A stretch of 64,000 bases of DNA. Origin: Octopus sinensis (taxonomy: Eukaryota). The position numbers and the translations under genes are program-made. This document shows, one piece after another, positions 12,404-23,150 of this stretch (positions within the stretch are counted from its first letter, which is position 1; the number at the start of each line of letters is the position of its first letter). The notes beneath the pieces were generated by a model. It made no database searches. It was not told the DNA's origin and worked only from the letters and a program-made list of their open reading frames with translations. The stretch spans positions 71,548,001 through 71,612,000 of the forward strand of contig NC_043000.1 in NCBI RefSeq assembly GCF_006345805.1, read 5' to 3'.

Positions 12404-12631
12404 GTGGTCTGGCGCTTGTTCATGTCCCGAAAAGTCCCCTTAAGCTACAGGCTGGAATGGTCAATTTTGTCGGTGGCCCTCCCATTTGATAGGGGCAGAA
12501 GGCAGTGCAACCTTTGTGTCTCCGAACTCTTCCATATTTTGTTTGCCAGAGGCCGGATGGTAAACGGGCTTTTACAGTTGGCTTTTCGATGCCCCCAATT
12601 GGGGCGTTACACTTATCTGGCTTTTAAATAG
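12404..12631 (+). mobile_element. PLE GIY-YIG endonuclease C-terminal remnant
   Basis: LEWSILSVALPF...RQCNLCVSELFHIL...VN...L..RC resembles the W.IL..a.PY...C.LC..EK..I...LN...E...C motif at the end of Penelope ORFs. Confidence 0.65.
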
Positions 12632-13204
12632 CGTTTATAAATAATACCGGCACCCATAGCCCTTGGTAACAAATTCTGAAATAGCCTTTAAGATATCTAC
12701 GATTAACCACTGCAAGGGGAATTACTCCTGTAAGACAAACGGGGCTTGGTTTTTTTCACAGCGGGGGGCTTCCTTGACAAGGCAGGCTTAGATGAACACA
12801 CACACACATAAAACATAATATATATATATTTTTTTTCTGCCACTCAACGGTTCTCGCGGCAGTAGCCACTGACAGCCGAACGATCAAACGCACACACGTA
12901 CACAAAAAATGTTTTCTACACACATATATAGAACAGTATACACACACACACGTCTCTAAGTAGATTTTTTCTCGCCCCTTATAAAACATCCAATATTCCT
13001 TAAATAGTCAGAACTTTATTCGAGTCACAAAGAACACCCACACACCCTCACCCACATGGTTGACCGATGCCTGACCCGTTAAATTCTTCAGCCACCGGTT
13101 CTCAACATACACTGATAAACAGTTTCGCCATGGGCTCTTAGGAGCATAGTTCGATTTGTTTTTGCTCCGCCTCTGTTCTGTTTTTGTTTTTCCAACGGAT
13201 TTCC

Positions 13205-13298
13205 TATTTTCTTCCTGAAGAGAAAGACACAATATGGTCCCATTATTCAATCGGATTTTGGTAATTTGTGCCTTTCGAAACACGTGTAGAATGAAATA
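13205..13298 (+). ncRNA. Type-I hammerhead ribozyme with canonical core and long stem II
   Basis: tattttcttc-CTGAAGA-GAAAGaCACAA...TTGTGcCTTTC-GAAA-cacgtg-TA-gaatgaaata; stems I and II pair; palindromic loop III; GUA cleavage triplet; AATAAA immediately downstream. Confidence 0.8.
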
Positions 13299-13344
13299 AA
13301 ACGATTTCTGTTCAATCTGCGTTCAGCTCCATTTCTTCAATTCA

Positions 13345-13528
13345 CCAATAATGTTATATATATATATATACATATATATACATATATACATACATATATA
13401 TACATATATACATATATATACATATATATATATACATATATATTATATATATATACATATATACATATACATATATACATATATATACATATATACATAT
13501 ACATATATATACATACATATATATATAC

Positions 13529-13579
<51 letters not shown>

Positions 13580-13749
13580 CATATATATACATATACATAT
13601 ATATACATATATATATATACATATATATATACATATATATATACATATATATATATACATACATATATATATACTTACATATATATATACATATATATAT
13701 ATATACATTATACATATACATATACATATATATATACATATATATATAT

Positions 13750-13790
<41 letters not shown>

Positions 13791-13792
13791 AT

Positions 13793-13824
<32 letters not shown>

Positions 13825-13863
13825 TACATATACATATACATATATATATACATATATATATAT

Positions 13864-13902
<39 letters not shown>

Positions 13903-14008
13903 ATTATATATATATAATATATATATATATATAAATATATATAATATATATATAAATACATATAAATATAGATATATATACATATAAATATAGATATATA
14001 TACATATA

Positions 14009-14044
<36 letters not shown>

Positions 14045-14133
14045 ATATATATGTATACAATATATATATATATACATATAAATATATATATATATATTAC
14101 ATATATAAATATATATATATATATAATATATAC

Positions 14134-14170
<37 letters not shown>

Positions 14171-14203
14171 TATATAATATATACATATATATATAATATA
14201 TAC

Positions 14204-14254
<51 letters not shown>

Positions 14255-14332
14255 CTACATAAATATATACATATAAATATATATATATATACATATATAC
14301 ATATACATATATATACATACATATATATACAT

Positions 14333-14365
<33 letters not shown>

Positions 14366-14985
14366 TATACTATATACATACATACATATACATATACATA
14401 TACAATATATATACATATAATACATATATATATATATAATACATATATACATATATATATACATATATACATATATACATATATATATAACATATATACA
14501 TATATACATATACATATATATATATACATATATATACATATACATATATATACATATACATATATATATATATACACATATATATACATATATATATACA
14601 TATATATACATATATATATACATATATATATATATACATATATATAACATATATATATATACATATATACATATATATATATATATTATACATATACATA
14701 TATATACATATATATACATATACATATATATACATATATACATATATATATATACATATACATATACATATACATATATATACATATACATATATATACA
14801 TATACATATATATACATATACATATATATACATATATATACATATACATATATATACATATACATATATATACATATACATATATATACATATATACATA
14901 TATATATACATATATATACATATATATATACATATATATACATATATATATACATATATATACATATATATATACATATATATAC

Positions 14986-15020
<35 letters not shown>

Positions 15021-15075
15021 CATATATATACATATATATACATATATATATATATACATATATATACATATATAC

Positions 15076-15134
<59 letters not shown>

Positions 15135-15210
15135 ACATATATATACATATCTATATATATACATAATATATATATACATATATATACATATATATACATA
15201 TATATACATA
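13345..15210. repeat. Degenerate (TA)n/(TACA)n microsatellite field, left part
   Basis: Almost only A/T with interspersed C on the + strand; all ORFs here are Y/I/H repeats. Confidence 0.97.
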
Positions 15211-15483
15211 TATGGATACAGTTTGTGTATCAAATAGCTAACTTAAGGCGATGGCCTCATGGAGCTAATAAGCGGACAGCTTTTTTTCTTATTTTTATAA
15301 GAATGCCATATTAGTATGGCGATAACTATTATTTTCCGGGAACGCTGCCGCTGTTCTCTTTTAGAGAGACTTAGTTATTTTAATATTTCTATTATTGAAA
15401 ACAAGTGGATGTATTCCACCGAAACTAGGTAAATATAACCATCGAACAGAGATTGTTGGAAGCGACACCTACTGGCTGGCTAC

Positions 15484-15525
15484 GCTGCATTGAAAAGGGG
15501 CAATACCCCGAAACGCGTCTGTAGC
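15484..15525 (+). ncRNA. Minimal type-I hammerhead, U3-A8 core variant (copy 1)
   Basis: gctgca-TTGAAAA-GGGG caata CCCC-GAAA-cgcg-TC-tgtagc; 6-bp stem I, 4-bp stem II, palindromic loop III (acgcgt), GUC site. Confidence 0.8.
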
Positions 15526-15846
15526 TGCCGGTCAAGTAGTGTGGAGCGACTGACCTACCTTGTTCGAAGGTTATATGGATACAGTTTGTGTATCAAATAG
15601 CTAACTAAAGGCGATGGCCTCATGGAGCTAATAAGCGGACAGCTTTTTTTCTTATTTTTATAAGAATGCCATATTAGTATGGCGATAACTATTATTTTCC
15701 GGGAACGCTGCCGCTGTTCTCTTTTAGAGAGACTTAGTTATATTAATATTTCTATTATTGAAAACAAGTGGATGTATTCCACCGAAACTAGGTAAATAAA
15801 ACCATCGAACAGAGATTGTCGGAAGCGACACCTACTGGCTGGCTAC

Positions 15847-15888
15847 GCTGCATTGAAAAGGGGCAATACCCCGAAACGCGTCGGTAGC
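15847..15888 (+). ncRNA. Minimal type-I hammerhead, U3-A8 core variant (copy 2)
   Basis: Same as copy 1, except T>G at the first 3' base of stem I (15883). Confidence 0.72.
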
Positions 15889-16058
15889 TGCCGGTCAAGT
15901 AGTGTGGAGCGACTGACCTCCCTTGTTCGAAGGTTATATGGATACAGTTTGTGTATCAAATAGCTAACTTAAGGCAATGGCCTCATGGAGCTAATAAGCG
16001 GACAGCTTTTTTTTCTTATTTTTATAAGAATGCCATATTAGTATGGCGATAACTATTA

Positions 16059-16194
16059 TATATATATAAATATACATATATATATATATACATGTACATA
16101 TATATATATACATATATATACATACATACATATATATATACATATATATATATACATGTACATATATATATATACATATATATACATACATACA

Positions 16195-16262
<68 letters not shown>

Positions 16263-16436
16263 CATACATACATACATATATATATACATACATACATACA
16301 TATATATATACATACATACATACAATATATATACATACATACATACATATACATATATATATATACATATATATTATAATATATATATATATACATACAT
16401 ACATACATATATACATATATACATATATATATTACA

Positions 16437-16495
<59 letters not shown>

Positions 16496-16519
16496 TATAT
16501 ATACATACATATATATACA

Positions 16520-16551
<32 letters not shown>

Positions 16552-16657
16552 CATATATATATACAATATATATATACATATATACATATATATTAATACA
16601 TATATATATATACATATATATATATACAATAATATATACATATATTATATATGTACA

Positions 16658-16720
<63 letters not shown>

Positions 16721-17298
16721 TACATTATATATACATATATTACATTTATATATATACAGTATCTATATACATATATATATATACATTATATAATATTATA
16801 TACATTATATATTATAGTATACATATAAATTATATATACATATACAATATATATATATACATATCCATATATATACATATACATATATATATATATACAT
16901 ATTATATATATATAACATATATATATACATATATATATACATTATATATACATACATATATAATATATATATATATATATATAAATACATACATATATAC
17001 ATATATATATAATACATATATATACCTATATACATTATATATATATATACATACATATATATATAATATATATACATACATATATATACATATTACATAT
17101 ATATATATATATACATACCTATATAATATACATAATATATACATACATATATATATATATACATACATATATATATACATATATTATACATACATACTAT
17201 ATATATATACATACATATATATATATATATACATACATTATATATATATATACATACATATATATATACATACATAAATATATACATACATACATATA

Positions 17299-17329
<31 letters not shown>

Positions 17330-17394
17330 AATATATATAAATATTATATCCATACATAATATATATATACATACATATATATATATATACATAC

Positions 17395-17452
<58 letters not shown>

Positions 17453-19085
17453 CATACATAATATATATACATATATATACATACATATATATATATATAT
17501 ATAATATATATATATACATATATATTATATATATATACATACATATATATGTACACATACATATATATATACATACATATATGTATACCATCATATATAT
17601 ATATATACATACATATATATATAACATACATATAATATATATATACATACATATATATATATATACATACTCATATATATATATCATACATATATATATA
17701 TATACATACATATATATAATACATACATAATATATATATACATACATATAATCTATATACCATAATTATATATATACATACAATATAATATATATATATA
17801 TTATATATATATATATATACATATATACATACATATATACAAACATATATATATATGTATATATGTATGTTATATGTATGTATATATGATATATGTATAT
17901 ATATGATATATGTATATATATGTTATTATTGTATATATATACATACATATATATTACATACATATATATATCATATATATAGAATACATATATATATACA
18001 TATATATATAGCATATATATATTTACTATATATATATATACATACATATATATATTATACATACAACTTATATAACATATATATATACATACTATATATA
18101 CCATACATATATATAACATTATATATATGCATAGATCATACATATATATATACATATATATATATGCATATATATATACATACATATATACATCATATAT
18201 ATATACATTTAATATACATACATATAATATACTATATACATACATACATTATATATACATAATATATATGCATAAATATACATACACATATATATATATA
18301 TACACATATACATATATATATACATATAATATATATATACATATATATATATACATACATATATACACATATTTATATATACATATATATATATATTATA
18401 CATATATACAACATATATATTACATATATTATTACATATATACTATATATATACATATATATATTATATATAGCATATATACATATTATATATACAATTA
18501 TATATATACATATATAATATATATTATACATATATACACATATATTATACATAATTACACTATATATATACATATATACACATATATATATACAATATAC
18601 ACATACTATATATAATAATACAATATATATATACAAATATATTATACATATATATATACATATACTATATACATATATATTATTTAATATATATTATATA
18701 CATATATATATAAATATATATATATACATATATATATATACATATATATATACATACATATATATATATACATATTATATATAAATATTATATTACATAT
18801 ATATATACATATATATATACATATATATATACAATATATATACTATATATATACATACAATATAGATACATATATATTATACATACTATATATATACATA
18901 TAGATTATTATATACATTATATTATATAATATACATATATATATACATAATATATACTATATATATACATACATATATACATACATATACATACATATAT
19001 AACAGACATATATATACATATATATATACATACATATATGTATACAATATATACACATATATATACAACCTATATATATTACATA
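16059..19085. repeat. Degenerate (TA)n/(TACA)n microsatellite field, right part
   Basis: About 3 kb of low-complexity AT repeats. Confidence 0.97.
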
Positions 19086-19086
19086 T

Positions 19087-21990
19087 ATCATCATCATCAT
19101 CATTCATTTAACGTCCGCTTTCCATGCTAGCATGGGTTGGACGGTTCAACTGGGGTCTGGGGAGCCCGAAAGCTGCACCAGTCCAGTCAGATCTGGCAGT
19201 GTTTCTACAGCTGGATGCCCTTCCTAACGCCAACACTCCGAGAGTGTAGTGGGTGATTTTTATGTGCAAGACGAGGCTGACAAACGGCCACGCTCGGATT
19301 GTTGTTTTTATGTGCCACCGACCACAGGTGCCAGACGAGGCTGGCAGACGGCCACGCTCGGATGGTGTTTTTTATGTGCCACCGACACAGGTGCCAGACG
19401 AGGCTGGCAGACGGGCCACGCTCGGATGGTGTTTTATGTGCCACCGACACAGGTGCCAGACGAGGCTGGCAGACGGCCACGCTCGGATGGTGGTTTTATG
19501 TGCCACCGACACAGGTGCCAGATGAGGCTGGCAAACGGCCACGATCGGATGGTGCTTGTTACGTGCCCACAGCACGGAGGCCAGTCGATTGCGGTACTGG
19601 CTACGGCCACGTTCGGATGGTTTTATTATGTGCCACCGGCACTGGTACCACAAAGAACAAATTCCATTGATGTTCATCTATTTTGATTTGTTTTGTTTGA
19701 TTTGATTTTCACTTGCCTCAACAGGTCTTCACAAGTGTCACAAGAAGGAAGGTATGCACAGGTGGACTGACTACGTCCAGGTAGGGGCCATGGGTTATGG
19801 CCTGCTAGTCTTGCCGGGTCTTCGGATGTTGTTTTATGTGCCACGACACAGGTGCTAGATGAGGCTGGCGAACGGCCACGATCGGATGGTGTTTTGTCAT
19901 GTGCCCACCGCACTGACTACGGCACTGATGGATTTCTTGTGTGCCACAGGCACTGGTACCACAAGATACAAATTCCATTGATGTTCATCTATTTTGTCTA
20001 TTTTGATTTGATTTGATTTGATTTTCACTTGCTCAACCGGTCTTCACAAGTGTCACAAGAAGGAAGGAAGGTATGCACAGGTGGTGACTAGTCTTGCCGG
20101 GTCTTCGGAAGGTGTGTTTTTAGTGCCACGACACAGGTGCCAATGAGGCTGGCGAACGGCCATGATCGGATGGTGTTGTTACGTGCCCACAGCACGGAGG
20201 CCGGTCGATGCGAACTGGCTACGGCACGTTCATGGTTCTCATTGGTTGCCACCGGCACTGGTACCACAAAGTGTGTGCCACCGGCACTGGTACCACATAG
20301 ATACGATTCCATTGATGTCATCTATTTTGATTTGTTTTGATTTGATTTCACTTGCCTCAAAAGGTCTTCACAAGTGTCACAAGAAGGAAGGTATGCACAG
20401 GTGGACTGACTACGTCCCAGGTAGGGGCCATGGGTTATGGCCTGACTAGTCTTGCCGGGTCTTCGGATGTGTTTTTATGTGCCACCGACACAGGTGCTAG
20501 ATGAGGCTGGCGGATGGCCAGTGATGCCGTAATGAAACGGCCACGTTCGGATGGATTCTTGTGTGCCACCGGCACTGGTACCACAAGCGGTACTGACTAC
20601 GGCCACGTTCGGATGGATTCTGTGTGCCACCGGCACTGGTACCCACAAGCGGTACTGACTACGGCACGTTCGGATGGATTCTTGTGTGCCACCGGCACTG
20701 GACCACAAGCCGACGGGCTGACTACGGCCACGTTCGGATGGATTCTTGGTGCCCACTGGCACTGGTACCACAAGGATACAAATTCCATTGATGTTCATCT
20801 ATTTTGATTTGTTTTGATTTGATTTGATTTTCACTTGCCTCAGCAGGTCTTCACAAGTCGGAAGGTATGTACAGGTGGACTGACTACGTCCCAGGTAGGG
20901 CCCACGGGTTATGACCTGACTAGTCTTGCCGGGTCTTCGGATGGTGTTTTATTGCCACCATGTTCCCACAGCACGGAGGCCAGTCGATGCGGTACTGGCT
21001 ACGGCACGTTCGGATGGTTTTCTTGTGTGCCACAGGCACTGGTACCACAAAGATACAAATTCCATTGATGTTCATCTATTTTGATTGATTTTCACTTGCC
21101 TCAGCAGGTCTTCACAAGTGTCACAAGAAGGAAGGTATGCACAGGTGGATCGACTACGTCCCAGGTAGGGGCCACGGATATGGCCTGACTAGTCCTGCCG
21201 GGTCCTCTCATGCACAGCACACTTCCATAGGACTCGGTCTTCAGTCATTTCCTTGGTGAGACCTAAAGTTCGAAGGTCGTGCTTCACCACCTCGTCCCAG
21301 GTTTTCTGGGTCTACCTCTTCCACAGGTTCCCTCAACTGCTAGGTTGTAGCACTTTTGCACACAACTATCTTCAGCCATTCTCGTCACATGACCATACCA
21401 GCGCAGCCGTCTCTCTTGCACACCACAACTGACACTTCTTAGGTTCAACTTTTCTCTCAAAGTACTTACACTCTGACGATTATGAACACTGACATTACAC
21501 ATCCATCGGAGCATACTGGCTTCATTTCTTGCAAGCTTACGCATATCCTCAGCTGTCACGGCCCATGTTTCACTACCATGTAGCATGGCTGTAGTACACA
21601 CGCATCATATAGTCTGCCTTTTACTCTTAGCGAGAGACCTTTTGTCACCAGCAGGGGTAAGAGCTCTCTAAACTTTGCCCAGGCTTTCTTACTCTAGCAG
21701 TTACACTTTCAGCACACCCACCCCCGCTACTGACTTGGTCTCCTAGGTAGCGGAAGCTATCACTACTTCTAGTTTGTCTCCCTGGAACTGGTAGAAGTTG
21801 ACTCTGCACATTTCCAGTGTTTATTTCTCCTGAGCATCTGCCACAGACAACAACTATTTTCTTATTTAGCCTTCCTTTGACATTGCTGCACCTTTATGTG
21901 TCCATAGCTTACACTTGGTGCACCTTATAGAGTTTCTACATTTCTACCTACCCGTTTTTACAGATCGAGCAGGGCCATCTACCTCTACTG
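19087..21990 (-). mobile_element. 5'-truncated RTE-clade LINE with expanded 3' UTR and (ATG)n tail
   Basis: MLHGSETW...RNEASMLRWMC...ERRLRWYGHV.RM...GRGRP (ORF 21284-21601) is an RTE C-terminus; (cat)n tail at ~19087-19105. Confidence 0.9.
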
Positions 21991-22754
21991 AAGTCGTTTT
22001 TGTGGTCCACCTTCCTACTTATTAGGACTTTGGTTTTGGCTGGGTTGATTCTAAGGCCTTCGATTCTAATCCTTGTTTCCACACCTGAAACTTCTCCTCC
22101 AGTTCTGATAGTGACTCAGCAATTAGAGCAAGGTCATCAGCATATAGAGCTCTCCCAGGGGCATATATATATTATATATATAATATATATCCTCTTCATT
22201 TCTCTGGAAATTACTCTACATCTACACACCATTGGAAATTGTGCATCTATACAAAGGTTAATTCACCCTCTCTGTAATGCTAATAAGCAGGAATTTGAGA
22301 CCCACCTCGTTGTGATTAACAATGGATAAATTTGTCTTCTGTGAGTATGTAATCCCTCATCATATCTCTGGAAATTCATATGTGCACTATGGATTAGGTC
22401 ACCTTCTCTGTGATGCTATTAAAACTTTTTTAAAATTCTGTGATAAGACTGTACATCATCTTTAAAGAACTTTAATGAACTTTGGAATCTGTTTAATGTT
22501 ACTTAATTATCTACATTACTTCATGAGTTATAGCCTCAACCACTAGGATGTCTAGGAACTCACATGTATTTTTAGCTGAGAGTACGGGACACGTTTTATA
22601 TGCTGTAATTTTTACAGGACTACAAATTTTAATAAAGCCTGTCCTTGTATGAAACGATTGTACTAAAACCTATCCATTCTTGTTGCTTCTTTCATATTCA
22701 TAATATAGTAATATATATAGGTATATAAATGAGGAAATACCTAAATAATATACA

Positions 22755-22950
22755 AACCACATGGTTCCGGTTTCAGTCCCACTGCGTGGCACCTTGGGCA
22801 AGTGTCTTCTACTATAGCCTTAGGTTGATCAAAGCCTTGTGAGTGGATTTGGTAGATGGAAACTATAGCAGAAGACACTTGCCCAAGATGCCACAAAGTG
22901 GGACTGAACCCGGAACCATGTGTGTTGGTTAGCAAGCTACTTACCACACC
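22755..22950. mobile_element. Two family-1 SINE heads in convergent orientation
   Basis: ccacatggttccggtttcagtcccactgcgtggcaccttgggcaagtgtcttctactatag, followed ~45 nt later by its diverged reverse complement. Confidence 0.85.
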
Positions 22951-22974
22951 AAACCATGAAACACAAAGAGAAAA

Positions 22975-23150
22975 CACAACAATACGAGGACATAGAACAA
23001 ATATAGTATTATTGGATGCTCAGGAAAGGAGAAGAAGAGGGTTTTACGTTTCGAGTGGAGCTCTTTGTCAGAAACATAGGACAAGGTAAGATCCAGAGAA
23101 GGGAAGACGGAGGAAAAAAAATCGCCAACGTACACACGCGGTCACATTTT
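22975..23150 (-). repeat. PLE pLTR-like fragment with decayed hammerhead (23041-23075)
   Basis: Minus strand: gttt-CTGACAA-aGAG ctcca CTC-GAAA-cg-TA-aaac. Confidence 0.5.

Larger units (their letters stand above)
15211..16058 (+). mobile_element. Tandem array (2.3 x 363 bp) carrying hammerheads; retrozyme/PLE pLTR-like
   Basis: Units start at 15211, 15574 and 15937 and are nearly identical; each full unit carries one hammerhead motif; flanked by TA repeats. Confidence 0.85.

Noticed and set aside
13108-13146. Minus-strand ctaaga-GCC cat GGC-GAAA-ctgttta motif
   Set aside because: The core lacks a base, and stems I and III do not pair.
15211-16058. Possible CRISPR-like or rDNA/tRNA repeat
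   Set aside because: Units are full-length near-identical 363-mers with no unique spacers and no rRNA or tRNA signature; the context is eukaryotic.
13337-19107. Dozens of long ORFs rich in Y/I/H/M/C
   Set aside because: Translations of (TA)n/(TACA)n microsatellite, not genes.
19249-21068. Overlapping ORFs on both strands
   Set aside because: They arise from tandem repeats in the RTE 3' UTR and show no recognisable domain.
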